48,601 nt of DNA from Eubacteriales bacterium. GTDB lineage: Bacteria > Bacillota > Clostridia > Oscillospirales > SIG627. The position numbers and the translations under genes were made by a program. Every line of letters starts with the position of its first letter. The first letter of the stretch is position 1. The stretch covers positions 1 through 48,601 of the forward strand of contig JAZOSM010000009.1 of assembly GCA_045657125.1 (NCBI GenBank), written 5' to 3'. The notes beneath the pieces were generated by a model. That model saw only the letters and a list, made by a program, of their open reading frames with translations. It had not been told where the DNA came from and made no database searches. Below, piece by piece: positions 1 to 9,739 of this stretch.

Positions 1-1372
1 CGCAGAAGGGAAGCATAGCCATAGGATCGTGACGAACAACACCTACTGCACCTGCAGCAGCTGCGGTGGTCTCGGAAGCCATGGTAGCACCTACGAATAC
101 ACCGTTCTTCCAATCCTTGGACTGGTAAACCAGGGGAGCCAGTTTAGCACGTCTGCCGCCGAATACGATTGCAGAGATGGGTACGCCTGCACCCTTGTCA
201 AACTCCTCGGAAATGCAGGGGCAGTTCACAGCGGGAGCAGTGAAACGGGAGTTGGGGTGAGCAGCGCAGGTGGACTTGTCTTCCTTGTTGAACTTGGAAG
301 CATCCCAGGGGTTGCCCTTCCAGTCGATTGCATTCTCGGGGAGGTTCTTGTTGAGGCCTTCCCACCAAACGGTGTTGTCGTTGAGATCGAGAGCCACGTT
401 GGTGAAGATGGTGTTCTTCTTGGTGGACTCGAGAGCGTTGAAGTTGGACTTCTCATTGGTACCGGGAGCTACGCCGAAGAAGCCGTTTTCGGGGTTGATG
501 GCATAGAGTCTGCCGTCAGCGCCGATTCTCATCCAAGCGATGTCGTCACCAACGGTCCATACCTTGTAGCCCTTCTTCTGCAGATACTTGGGAGGAATGA
601 GCATTGCCAGGTTGGTCTTACCGCAAGCGGAGGGGAATGCAGCGGCGATGTACTTAACTTCGCCCTTGGGATTCTCGAGACCGAGGATGAGCATGTGCTC
701 TGCCATCCAGCCTTCTTTCCAACCCTGATAGGAAGCGATACGCAGTGCGAAGCACTTCTTACCGAGCAGTACGTTTCCGCCGTAAGCGGAGTTAACGGAA
801 ATGATGGTGTTATCTTCGGGGAACTGGCAGATGTAACGGTTTTCGGGGTTAACGTCACACTTTGCGTGCAAGCCGCGTACCCAGTCATTGGAGTCGCCGA
901 GAACTTCCAGAACCTTGGTACCAACACGGGTCATAATTGCCATGTTGAGAACAACGTAGATGGAGTCGGTAACTTCGATACCTGCTTTTGCAAGAGGAGA
1001 ACCGATGGGACCCATAGAGAAGGGGATTACGTACATGGTTCTGCCCTGGTAGGTGCCGCGAGCGATGTTGTAGAGCTTCTCATACATCTCTGCGGGAGCA
1101 CACCAGTTGTTGGTGGGGCCTGCATCTTCCTTAATGGAGGTGCAGATGAAGGTTCTGTCCTCAACGCGAGCTACGTCGTTCTGACGAGTTCTGTGGAGGT
1201 AGCAGCCGGGAAGCTTTTCTTCGTTGAGCTTCAAGAGTTCGCCGCTCTCGCAAGCTTCCTTGCGGAGTGCTTCCAGCTGAGCTTCCTCGCCGGTGATCCA
1301 GACGATCTGGTCGGGATTCAGAAGAGCTTTCATCTCTTCGATCCACTTGGTTACGGTTGCATTGGTGGTCAT
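1..1372 (-). CDS. pckG: Phosphoenolpyruvate carboxykinase (GTP); N-terminal ~457 aa, C-terminus runs off the window start
   Basis: Absent from the ORF track because it is open at the window edge. Reverse translation from ATG 1372-1370 gives MTTNATVTKWIEEMKALLNPDQIVWITGEE... It carries the GTP-PEPCK signatures YGGNVLLGKKCFALRIAS and the kinase P-loop FPSACGKTNLAML. An AAAGGA RBS lies upstream. The + strand ORF 29..1423 is its antisense shadow. Confidence 0.9.
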   Translation of the reverse strand, partial: MTTNATVTKWIEEMKALLNPDQIVWITGEEAQLEALRKEACESGELLKLNEEKLPGCYLHRTRQNDVARVEDRTFICTSIKEDAGPTNNWCAPAEMYEKLYNIARGTYQGRTMYVIPFSMGPIGSPLAKAGIEVTDSIYVVLNMAIMTRVGTKVLEVLGDSNDWVRGLHAKCDVNPENRYICQFPEDNTIISVNSAYGGNVLLGKKCFALRIASYQGWKEGWMAEHMLILGLENPKGEVKYIAAAFPSACGKTNLAMLIPPKYLQKKGYKVWTVGDDIAWMRIGADGRLYAINPENGFFGVAPGTNEKSNFNALESTKKNTIFTNVALDLNDNTVWWEGLNKNLPENAIDWKGNPWDASKFNKEDKSTCAAHPNSRFTAPAVNCPCISEEFDKGAGVPISAIVFGGRRAKLAPLVYQSKDWKNGVFVGATMASETTAAAAGAVGVVRHDPMAMLPFC

Positions 1373-1679
1373 GATTTGAGTTCCTTTCTCTCAATTTTGT
1401 TCATATTGAGTCTATTATACTAAAATATACAACTTTGTGCAAGAGGTGAAAGGGAGAAAAATGAAAAAAAACGGTTTTTATTTCAAAACTTACGAAAAAC
1501 AACAAATTCTATTGATGAAATTGTGTTTTTTCTGAAAAAACGAGAGTTTTCGAAAGAAAAATAAGAGAAAAAGGACTTGCTTTTTTCTGCGTTTTTGCAC
1601 GGATGATTCCCAAAAGATAAAAGAAAATGCATTTAGAGAGGAAAAATATGCCTTTTTCACAAAAAAATCACAAAAAGGT

Positions 1680-1708
1680 TTGAAAAGGTACAGAATATAT
1701 AGTATAAT
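1680..1708 (+). promoter_or_regulatory. Sigma-A type promoter candidate for the M16 peptidase operon
   Basis: TTGAAA (1680-1685), 17-nt spacer, TATAAT (1703-1708), about 40 nt upstream of ATG 1749, in an AT-rich divergent intergenic region. Confidence 0.6.
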
Positions 1709-1748
1709 ATAAGATAGAATGCTACGCGAATAGCAGAAAGGACGAACT

Positions 1749-3032
1749 ATGAATCAACAAAAGCCGGAGCGAATGGATCTTTTCCCCGGGGTTCATTTGA
1801 ACTTTGTGGAGAACGATCGATATAAAACCAATTTTATCACGTTTAATTTCGTGACGAAACTGGATCGTGTAACCGCTTCTTACAATACCGTGTTGTCTCG
1901 TGTTTTGACCCGCGGTTGTGAAAAATATCCCACCCAGATGACGCTGAACCGTGCCCTTGACGATCTGTATGATGCAGCGCTTTCTTCGGACTCGCTTAAG
2001 GTGGGTGACTGGCATACGCTTTCCGTAGACCTTGCTTTGCTGGATGAATCCTTTGCTTTGTCTACCCCCGACCTGTCTTTGAAGGGGCTTTCCCTTATGG
2101 AAGAAGTAATGTTCCATCCCTACCTGGAAAACGGTGCTTTTTGCGAGGAATACGTAAAAGGGGAAAAGAAGCAGGCACTTCTGGAAATCGAATCCCTTGT
2201 GAACAACAAGGCAAAATATGCCAAGGGCAGAATGATTGAGCATATGTGCAAATTGGATCCATATTCCACCTGTGCCATCGGTCATCGCTCAGAGATCGGA
2301 AAGATTACCGCACAAAGCCTTGCGGCCTATTATCACGATCTGCTGAAGACCGCCCGCATCGAGATCTTTTTCGTAGGACGATTTGATCGGACGAGGGTGA
2401 AAGAACAGGTTGAAAAGATGTTGGCACCCTTGCAGAGAGCGTATGCTCCTTTGCCTGCAATTTCCATTCGTACCAAAGCGCGCGCGGTGAAGGAAATCAC
2501 CGAGACGATGGATATTACCCAGGCAAATCTGGTGCTCGGTTTCCGTACCGCCTGCACCATTTATGATCCCTCCTGGCGCGCAATGAGCTTGTACAATGCG
2601 GTGCTCGGCGGTTCTTTGACCTCTAAACTGTTTTGCGTTCTGAGAGAAAAAATGAGCCTTTGCTACTCGATTTCATCTTCCCCTGATGCGCTGAAGGGAA
2701 TCATGACCATTTACGCGGGCATTGCTCCCGAAAATCGTCAGGTTGCCATTACCGAGGCGCTGAATCAGATGGACGAGATCAAAAAAGGAAATATCACCCC
2801 CGAGGAACTGGAAAGTGCACGCGGCGCTTTGATCCATTCTTTGCGTGGGCTGCAGGATATTCCCGAGGCTTTGGCAGATTGGTATTTGCCCCGTGTTCTG
2901 ACCGATACCTTCCAAACCCCCGATCAGATTATCGAGGAGCTGAAGGCTTTAACGGTAGAGGACGTTATCAAGGTTTCTGAAAATATCACCTTGGATACGG
3001 TTTATACTTTGACCGAAAAGGAGGAAAAGTGA
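1749..3032 (+). CDS. M16 (pitrilysin/insulinase) family protein, probably the non-catalytic partner
   Basis: 427-aa ORF with the size and layout of M16 proteins. The position where the HxxEH zinc motif normally sits reads SRVLTRGCEKYP, so the motif is absent. Its stop overlaps the next start (TGATG). Confidence 0.7.
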   Translation: MNQQKPERMDLFPGVHLNFVENDRYKTNFITFNFVTKLDRVTASYNTVLSRVLTRGCEKYPTQMTLNRALDDLYDAALSSDSLKVGDWHTLSVDLALLDESFALSTPDLSLKGLSLMEEVMFHPYLENGAFCEEYVKGEKKQALLEIESLVNNKAKYAKGRMIEHMCKLDPYSTCAIGHRSEIGKITAQSLAAYYHDLLKTARIEIFFVGRFDRTRVKEQVEKMLAPLQRAYAPLPAISIRTKARAVKEITETMDITQANLVLGFRTACTIYDPSWRAMSLYNAVLGGSLTSKLFCVLREKMSLCYSISSSPDALKGIMTIYAGIAPENRQVAITEALNQMDEIKKGNITPEELESARGALIHSLRGLQDIPEALADWYLPRVLTDTFQTPDQIIEELKALTVEDVIKVSENITLDTVYTLTEKEEK

Positions 3033-4333
3033 TGCGTTTTTATACCACGGAAAATCAGCGACTGCGTGAAAAATGTTACCGCGGTAAGCATTCCTCCGGT
3101 TTGGAGGTCGTCATTATTCCGAAGGCGCATAAGAAAGCCTTTGCCTTATTCGGTACCCGCTACGGCTCGGTGCATCGCACCTTCAAAACCCAGGCCGACG
3201 CGGATTTCCTGACGGTTCCCGACGGAATTGCTCATTTTTTGGAGCATAAGCTTTTCGAAAACGAGGACGGAAGCGATACCTTTGCCCGCTTTGCTTCTTT
3301 GGGCGCCAGCTGTAATGCTTTCACTTCTACGGAAATGACGGCGTATTTGTTCTCTGCGACGGATCGTTATTATGAAAATCTTTCCGTTTTGTTGGAGTTT
3401 GTGACGCAGCCGTATTTTACACCCGAGACGGTGGAAAAGGAAATGGGCATCATCGGGCAGGAGATTCGTATGTGCCACGACGAGCCTTTTCACCAACTGT
3501 ACTACGGACTTTTGGACGCGCTTTTCGTAAATCACAACGTAAAGGTAGACATCGCGGGTACGGAGGAAACCATTTCTCACATTACCAGTGACATTCTTTA
3601 CCGTTGCTACAATACGTTTTACAACCTGAACAATATGCTTTTGGTTCTTTGCGGTCCTTGGGACAAGGCAAAGGTGAAGGCGGTTTTGGATGCCACGCTG
3701 AAAAAGAGTGAGCCCTGCCGCATCGAGACCCGTTTCCCCACGGAGCCGAAGCGAATCAATAAGAAAAAGGTGATCAAGGAATTTCCCGTGGGGATCCCCC
3801 TGTTTGCGGTGGGAATGAAAGAGGATGACCTGAAAAAACGCAGAAAGCCGCACGAGACGCTGAAACAGCAAGCGGAGCACGAGATTTTGTCCGATATGCT
3901 GTTCGGAAAATCGGGAGCCTTGTATAACGAGCTTTACGATCAGAGCTTGATCGGCGACCGTTTTTCACTGGAATACAATCTGTCCAAAAGCTACGGATAC
4001 CTTTTGATTTTCGGCGAGAGCAGACGTCCCGAGACGGTTTACAGAAGAATTCGCGAAACGGTGAAAAACGCCGCGAATTTGGTAACGGAGGAAGATTTTG
4101 AAAGAAGCCGCAAGGTGGTTTATTCCCGTGCGGTGCAGGATTGGAATTCAACCCGTGAAATTTCCGAAAACTTTATGGATTTTGCATTCTCCGATACGGA
4201 TATGCTTTCCTACAGCGATACGGTTGCGGCGGTAACCTTTGAGGATATTAAAAACCGTATTGCCGCTTCGTATCATCCCGCCCGACTGGTTTTGTCGGTG
4301 GTAAAAAAGCCTAAGGAGGAAAAAACATGCTGA
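3032..4333 (+). CDS. M16 family zinc metallopeptidase (catalytic subunit)
   Basis: Inverted zinc motif HxxEH is present (GIAHFLEHKLFE). ATG 3032 is preferred over GTG 3029 because GGAGG lies 7 nt upstream. Translationally coupled to the upstream paralog. Confidence 0.8.
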   Translation: MRFYTTENQRLREKCYRGKHSSGLEVVIIPKAHKKAFALFGTRYGSVHRTFKTQADADFLTVPDGIAHFLEHKLFENEDGSDTFARFASLGASCNAFTSTEMTAYLFSATDRYYENLSVLLEFVTQPYFTPETVEKEMGIIGQEIRMCHDEPFHQLYYGLLDALFVNHNVKVDIAGTEETISHITSDILYRCYNTFYNLNNMLLVLCGPWDKAKVKAVLDATLKKSEPCRIETRFPTEPKRINKKKVIKEFPVGIPLFAVGMKEDDLKKRRKPHETLKQQAEHEILSDMLFGKSGALYNELYDQSLIGDRFSLEYNLSKSYGYLLIFGESRRPETVYRRIRETVKNAANLVTEEDFERSRKVVYSRAVQDWNSTREISENFMDFAFSDTDMLSYSDTVAAVTFEDIKNRIAASYHPARLVLSVVKKPKEEKTC

Positions 4334-5316
4334 CCGCAAGTTCAACAACCATTATCTCCTTCCCTGAATTGGGATGGGGTCCCTGGACCATCAACCGTTT
4401 TTTGGTGGAGGATCTGTTTGGAAAAATCAGTATTGCCTGGTACGGCGTTATCATCTGTATTGCAATGATCGTTGCCTGTTCAATTATTTTGCGCAACGCG
4501 GTGAAAAAGGAAGGCGCAAATGCGGATTCCTTCCTAGATTACTTTATTTTCACCATTCCCATCGGAGTTGTAGGTGCCAGAACCATGTACGTTTTGGCTG
4601 AATTGGACCAGTACAAGAGCTTCGGCGAAGCAATTGCAATCTGGAATGGCGGACTTGCCATTTACGGCGGTGTCATTGCAGGCGTTATCACGGTTTTTGT
4701 GATTTCAAAAATCAAGAAATTTAATCCTCTCACCGTGTTTGACTGCATTATTCCCGGACTTTTATTGGCGCAGTCCATAGGACGCTGGGGTAACTTTATC
4801 AACGGTGAAGCATACGGCGATCCTCAAATTGGGTGCAACCTCCCCTGGGCAATGGTGGTAGGCGGCGAAGCACCCGTACATCCTACGTTTTTGTACGAAT
4901 CCATCGTGACCTTTACCGGATTTTTGCTTGCACAGTTCGTTGTGTACCGCTTGAAAAAGTCCGACGGACAAGTTTTCGCTTTTTATTTGGTATGGTACGG
5001 ACTGGGCAGAACCTTTATCGAGGGACTGCGTGTTGACTCCCTGATGATCGGTTCTCTCCGTCTGGCGCAATGCATCGGTCTTGCTTCCGTTTTGGCAGGT
5101 ATTGCCCTGTTTGTGATTTTGGGATTGTACGGCAAGCCCAGAGAAGCGTTCCCCTTGAGAAAAGAGAAGGGGGAAAAGGGGGAAGGCGAAGCTATCGCGG
5201 AAGAATCCGAAAAGAAAGAAGACGAAAAAGAAGAAAAGAAAGAAGAAGCCTCCGACGAGAAAAAGGAAGCGGCTGAACCCGAGGCAAAGGAGGAAGAAAA
5301 TGGCAACGAGAATTGA
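4327..5316 (+). CDS. lgt: Prolipoprotein diacylglyceryl transferase with a Glu/Lys-rich C-terminal tail
   Basis: Signature [13 protein letters not shown] and several hydrophobic transmembrane segments; GGAGG RBS. The last ~55 aa are low-complexity ([29 protein letters not shown]...). Confidence 0.88.
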   Translation: MLTASSTTIISFPELGWGPWTINRFLVEDLFGKISIAWYGVIICIAMIVACSIILRNAVKKEGANADSFLDYFIFTIPIGVVGARTMYVLAELDQYKSFGEAIAIWNGGLAIYGGVIAGVITVFVISKIKKFNPLTVFDCIIPGLLLAQSIGRWGNFINGEAYGDPQIGCNLPWAMVVGGEAPVHPTFLYESIVTFTGFLLAQFVVYRLKKSDGQVFAFYLVWYGLGRTFIEGLRVDSLMIGSLRLAQCIGLASVLAGIALFVILGLYGKPREAFPLRKEKGEKGEGEAIAEESEKKEDEKEEKKEEASDEKKEAAEPEAKEEENGNEN

Positions 5317-6154
5317 TGGAAAAGCAACCTCCGCAAAACGCAGAGAAGCTATTTTGCAGGAAACGCAGAAATTGATCGCCGAAACAGGCGTTCGTCCCGG
5401 TCTTGCGGTAATTTTGGTGGGAGATGACCCCGCGTCCGCAATTTACGTAAGAAACAAGAAAAAAGGCTGTGAGGATATGGGATTTTTGTCCCGTGAGTAT
5501 CGCTTGCCCGCAGAAACCTCCGAGGAAGAATTGCTTTCTTTGATCGACCGCTTGAACCGAGACGATGAAATCCACGGTATTTTGGTGCAGCTTCCCGTAC
5601 CGAAGCACATTGACGATAAAAAGGTCATTGCCGCCATCGCGCCCGAAAAGGACGTAGATGCATTCGGCTACGAAAACGTCGGCAGAATTATGACGGGAGA
5701 TTTTGATTTCGTTCCCTGTACTCCCGCAGGAATTATGGTTCTTTTGGAAGAATACGGTATTGATCCCGCAGGCAAACGCGCGGTGGTGATCGGACGAAGC
5801 AATATTGTAGGCAAGCCTATGGCGATGCTTTTGCTTCACAAAAATGCTACGGTAACGGTTTGCCATTCCAGAACGCAGAATTTGGCTGAGATTTGCCGCG
5901 AAGCAGATATTTTGGTTGCGGCAGTAGGTAAAGCGAATTTTGTAACGGCAGATATGGTAAAACCCGGCGCGGTGGTAATCGACGTGGGAATGAACCGTGA
6001 CGAAAACGGACTTTGCGGCGACGTGGCTTTTGCCCAGGTAGAGCCCAAGGCGTCCTATATTACCCCCGTTCCCGGCGGTGTTGGTCCCATGACCATTACC
6101 ATGCTTTTGCAAAATACCCTTACCGGTGCCTGTAAAGCGGCACAGTCAAAATAA
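5300..6154 (+). CDS. folD: Bifunctional methylenetetrahydrofolate dehydrogenase / methenyl-THF cyclohydrolase
   Basis: Motifs [49 protein letters not shown] and [11 protein letters not shown]. Overlaps the lgt 3' end by 17 nt. Confidence 0.92.
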   Translation: MATRIDGKATSAKRREAILQETQKLIAETGVRPGLAVILVGDDPASAIYVRNKKKGCEDMGFLSREYRLPAETSEEELLSLIDRLNRDDEIHGILVQLPVPKHIDDKKVIAAIAPEKDVDAFGYENVGRIMTGDFDFVPCTPAGIMVLLEEYGIDPAGKRAVVIGRSNIVGKPMAMLLLHKNATVTVCHSRTQNLAEICREADILVAAVGKANFVTADMVKPGAVVIDVGMNRDENGLCGDVAFAQVEPKASYITPVPGGVGPMTITMLLQNTLTGACKAAQSK

Positions 6155-6164
6155 AGGAGTGCCG

Positions 6165-7397
6165 ATGAAGACAATTAAAGGAATTGTTGCTCTTGCGCTT
6201 GCATTCGGAATGCTTTTGAGTTTATCTTGCGGAAAGTCGCAAAGCACTGAAACCACCGCTACTGCGGAGGAAACCTATGAAGAAAAGGACGAGCAGGGAT
6301 TAACCGCATCGGACCGTGCTTTTTTGGATCGGTATCTTGCCGATTACGAGAAAGGAAAATTTATCGGGGAAAAGCTTTTTGATTACGAGCGCTTTGATGA
6401 ATTCGTAAAGGATTTTGAATACAAGGGCTTGAAATATCCTGCTGATCCCATGATCGAGATTGAAGTGACCGACGAGGACGTGGATTCTTATCTGACGCTC
6501 TTTTTGCTGGCTTCCTCCGTGTCCGACGATCAGTATGAAAATATTACCGACGGCACCGTTCAGAAATACGACGTAGTGGTAGTTGATTTCCGTGGCTTGG
6601 TGGACGGCAAGGAATCCGACGGTACCACAGCAACCGATCAGTCTCTTGTAATCGGAAGCGATACCTACATTGACGGCTTTGAAAGCGGACTTGTGGGAAA
6701 AAAGGTTGGGGAAGAAGTTCGTTTGGATCTGAAATTCTCCCCCTATTATCAATCTGCCGAGGTTGCAGGCAAGGACGTTGTTTTCTACGTTACCATCAAA
6801 GAAATCCAAAGACCTGCCATTCCCGAACTGACGGTGGACGTTCTGAACGAATACTACCAAACCGAATTTAAAACGGTAGAAGAAGCCAAGGAATGGTTTA
6901 AGCAGGCTTTGGCGAGCAATGAGAAAAGCCAGGTGTATTCCACCTTGTCCGCCTATTTGCAGAACAAGATTCTGGACAGCATGGAGGTTGTTCAGTACCC
7001 CGAAAAAGAGTTAGGACACTATAGTGATCACTTTATGAAGTACCACGAAGAAATGAAGGGTGATCAGGATTGGGGAACGTATTGTGCGGAAACCCTTGGT
7101 TCTTCCTATGAGGAACTGCAGGAAGAAGCAGAACTCTATGCAACGGAGCAGATCAAATCCCTTCTGATGGCGCACTGCATTGCGCTGAAGGAAGAACTTA
7201 CCTGCACCACCGACCAGATCCGTGCTTTTATCGAAGGTTTTTATATTACTCAAAATTCCGACGGATACTATTCCGATTTGCAGTCTATGGTAGAGGAATG
7301 TTCCGAGCTTTACGGTGCTGACTATTTCGAAAGTCAGGTAATCGGAGCGATGGTATCGGAAAAGATTATTGAATACGCAGTAAAAGAGGCTATATGA
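6165..7397 (+). CDS. Lipoprotein with trigger-factor-like FKBP PPIase and C-terminal chaperone-like region (paralog 1)
   Basis: Lipobox signal peptide MKTIKGIVALALAFGMLLSLSCG; AAAGGAG RBS at 6153. The PPIase-domain pattern VVVDFRGLVDGKESDG...LVIGSDTYIDGFESGLVGKKVGEEVRLDLKFSPYY...AGKDVVFYVTIKEIQRPAIPELT matches the trigger factor PPIase core. Confidence 0.75.
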   Translation: MKTIKGIVALALAFGMLLSLSCGKSQSTETTATAEETYEEKDEQGLTASDRAFLDRYLADYEKGKFIGEKLFDYERFDEFVKDFEYKGLKYPADPMIEIEVTDEDVDSYLTLFLLASSVSDDQYENITDGTVQKYDVVVVDFRGLVDGKESDGTTATDQSLVIGSDTYIDGFESGLVGKKVGEEVRLDLKFSPYYQSAEVAGKDVVFYVTIKEIQRPAIPELTVDVLNEYYQTEFKTVEEAKEWFKQALASNEKSQVYSTLSAYLQNKILDSMEVVQYPEKELGHYSDHFMKYHEEMKGDQDWGTYCAETLGSSYEELQEEAELYATEQIKSLLMAHCIALKEELTCTTDQIRAFIEGFYITQNSDGYYSDLQSMVEECSELYGADYFESQVIGAMVSEKIIEYAVKEAI

Positions 7398-8572
7398 AAA
7401 ACGTGAAAAAGATTCCGATTCTTGTAATTTTTTTGCTTTGCGTGGTTTTGGTTTCCCTGTACGTTTCCAAGGTTTTTGCCGACCCGACGAAAAAAGGTGA
7501 GGGGGATGGAGAACAGACAAGTTCCACCGACACAGCGCAAAAAGATACCGAGAAAGAAAAAGATCAGGAAAACGAGTCGGCAGAGCTTTATGACTACGAC
7601 CTTTCCGAATATCTGACCTTGGGTGAAGTTTCGCCTGTAAAAGCGGAATTTGACGATCCTTCGGTTTGCACGGAGGAGGAAGTGGATAAGGCGGTATTTC
7701 AGATTCTGCTGAAGAACGCTTCTTTCGAGGAGAAAGGGGAATCGGGAAAGGCTGAGCTGTATAACCGTGTAACGGTGGACTTTTCCGTTCTTCAAAACGG
7801 AAAGGAGCTTGAGGACCGCACGAAAAATGATTATGAAATCGTCATCGGTTTGCAAACGGACTCTGAGGAGGATTTGGTAATCGGCGGTGCTTTGGTAGGT
7901 GCCGAAGTGGGAGAACAGCGCAAGGCAACGCATCGTTATCCCGATGAACTGAACGGAGACGTTCTTGCGGGACAGAAGGTGCAGCTTGTTGCTACGGTCA
8001 AGAAAATCGAACGGCATATCATTCCCACGTTGATTGACGAAAACGTTGGTGAGATTACGGGAGATACATTCTCAACCGTTCAGGAATTTCGTGAATCGGT
8101 AAAACAAGACATTCTCAACGAAAAGAAATTGGCAAAGGGGCAGGCGGTGTGGCTTGCAATCAAAAACGACGCCGAAGTGAAAAAATTCCCCGAACGTGAA
8201 TTGCAGGATACGATCGATTTGTATCGTAAAAACTACGAGGAACTTGCTGCGAAATTTGAACTGACTCTGGAAGAATTGGTTGAGACCTATCTGGAATCGG
8301 ATATGGAAACCTTTGAGGCGGATGCGAGAACGTATGCCGAGGAAAAGGTGAAAAACGATATGATTATGACGCAGTTGGTTCGTTCGCTGAACATTACGCT
8401 TTCCGACGAGGAGTATAAAGACGGCGTGAAAGCATACTACGAAGCGGAAGAAGGCGAATTTTCCTCTTTGGAAGCGTTCGTTGAATTTTACACAGAAGAA
8501 AATTTGCGCCGCAATCTTTTGTGGGATAAGGCTTTGAAAACTGCAGAAGAACAGGCAATACCGAAAAAATAA
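7394..8572 (+). CDS. Secreted or membrane-anchored trigger-factor-like protein (paralog 2, degenerate PPIase motifs)
   Basis: N-terminal hydrophobic anchor MKNVKKIPILVIFLLCVVLVSLYV. Same layout as paralog 1 (VTVDFSVLQNGKE...AGQKVQLVATVKKIERHIIPTL). ATGA overlap with the upstream gene. Confidence 0.6.
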   Translation: MKNVKKIPILVIFLLCVVLVSLYVSKVFADPTKKGEGDGEQTSSTDTAQKDTEKEKDQENESAELYDYDLSEYLTLGEVSPVKAEFDDPSVCTEEEVDKAVFQILLKNASFEEKGESGKAELYNRVTVDFSVLQNGKELEDRTKNDYEIVIGLQTDSEEDLVIGGALVGAEVGEQRKATHRYPDELNGDVLAGQKVQLVATVKKIERHIIPTLIDENVGEITGDTFSTVQEFRESVKQDILNEKKLAKGQAVWLAIKNDAEVKKFPERELQDTIDLYRKNYEELAAKFELTLEELVETYLESDMETFEADARTYAEEKVKNDMIMTQLVRSLNITLSDEEYKDGVKAYYEAEEGEFSSLEAFVEFYTEENLRRNLLWDKALKTAEEQAIPKK

Positions 8573-8586
8573 CGAGGAACGAAACG

Positions 8587-9666
8587 ATGAAAAAAATTCT
8601 TGGAACCGCAAGCCTTTTGCTTTTGGTGTCCCTTTTGCTTTGCGCTTGTGCAGAGACGGATGTGGTGCGCTACGATTATCCCCTGGAGGAGTACGTGGAA
8701 TTGGCGCAGGTGGAAACCATTCGCGCGCCTTTTGCCAACCCTTCTTTGTGCACGGAAGAAGAAATTGACTACTCCATTCACCAAATTATGTTGACTTATG
8801 CAGAGTACGCCGTAAAAGAAGGGGACTCTGTGGTAGTGGAGCAATACGACAAGGCAGTTGTCGATTATAAAATTTTCCAAGACAGCACCGAACTTGAGGA
8901 GTACAGTCAGCCCGAATACGGCATCGTGATCGGCTACGACGGAAACGGCGATATTGATGACGCCCTTTCCAAAGAGCTTCTCGGAAAAAAGGTAGGGGAC
9001 ACTTGCAAAATTACTTATACGTTTCCCTCCAATGACATATCTCTCGGATCTTGGGCAGGTGTTACCGTAGAGTGTAGCGGTACCATCAAGGGCATTTATT
9101 CTTCCATGGTGCCCGAATGCACCGACGAATTTGTGCAGCAGGTGGGAGAACAGGGCTTTCCCGACGTTCAGTCCTTCCGCGATCAGATCCGCATCGATAT
9201 TATGGATCAAAAAATGGAAGCAAAGCGTCAGCTTGTTCTGAATGCCTTCGTGGAAGGGGTTACGGTGAAAAAGTATCCCGATGCCGAGGTGAAGACCTAT
9301 ATGAACAGATACCTTTCCGAAATGAAAGATATGGCGGACGAGCTTGGAATGGAATATGCAGACTATCTTTCCGAATATATGCAGGTTACCGAGGATGAGG
9401 TCAACAAAATGGCCCTTGAGGACTCCCGCAACCGCGTGAAAAACGATATGGCGTGTATTCACGCGACCCGACTTCTCAAAATAACGCTGACGGAAGAAGA
9501 ATATCGCGAAGGTCTGGAGCGTTACTATCTGCAGAGCCAGGAGGAGTTTGATTCTATAGAAGCATTTGAGGAAAACTATACCCGTCCCTTTATGGAGGAC
9601 TGTATTCGCTGGGATAAAGCGTTTGAACAAATGGTAGAGAACGCAGTATCCACCCTGGAGGAATAA
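8587..9666 (+). CDS. Lipoprotein, trigger-factor-like (paralog 3, degenerate PPIase motifs)
   Basis: Lipobox MKKILGTASLLLLVSLLLCAC. Same layout as the paralogs (AVVDYKIFQDSTE...LLGKKVGDTCKITYTFP...). C-terminal helical region resembles paralogs 1 and 2. Confidence 0.6.
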   Translation: MKKILGTASLLLLVSLLLCACAETDVVRYDYPLEEYVELAQVETIRAPFANPSLCTEEEIDYSIHQIMLTYAEYAVKEGDSVVVEQYDKAVVDYKIFQDSTELEEYSQPEYGIVIGYDGNGDIDDALSKELLGKKVGDTCKITYTFPSNDISLGSWAGVTVECSGTIKGIYSSMVPECTDEFVQQVGEQGFPDVQSFRDQIRIDIMDQKMEAKRQLVLNAFVEGVTVKKYPDAEVKTYMNRYLSEMKDMADELGMEYADYLSEYMQVTEDEVNKMALEDSRNRVKNDMACIHATRLLKITLTEEEYREGLERYYLQSQEEFDSIEAFEENYTRPFMEDCIRWDKAFEQMVENAVSTLEE

Positions 9667-9700
9667 AAAGCGATTCGGTTTCCGTGGGAATTTTAAAAGG

Positions 9701-9732
9701 ATAAAAAAGAAAAGGCCCCACGAAAGTGGGGC
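9701..9732 (-). terminator. Rho-independent terminator candidate for the LysR gene (convergent junction)
   Basis: 7-bp GC-rich stem GCCCCAC / GTGGGGC (9715-9732) with a GAAA loop, followed on the minus strand by TTTTCTTTTTTAT. Confidence 0.6.
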
Positions 9733-9739
9733 GAAAGAA

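Noticed and set aside
29-1423. 464-aa + strand ORF in the track (MTNNTYCTCSSCGG...)
   Set aside because: It is the antisense shadow of the minus-strand GTP-PEPCK gene, whose translation carries unambiguous family signatures. The + strand product is low-complexity (G/V/S-rich) with no RBS context.
1671-1692. CAAAAAGGTTTGAAAAGGTAC, which resembles a hix-like half-site and could be a third recombinase target
   Set aside because: Only a partial one-sided match with an extra A and no 12+2+12 palindrome. It overlaps the -35 of an ordinary promoter, so it is most likely chance in AT-rich DNA.
8488-9630. 380-aa minus-strand ORF overlapping trigger-factor-like paralog 3. Similar long antisense ORFs occur at 11279-12538, 12741-13853, 18976-20217 and 21058-22173.
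   Set aside because: All lie fully inside better-supported genes on the opposite strand. They lack SD sites and recognisable motifs and have odd composition. Such stop-free antisense frames are typical of this codon usage.
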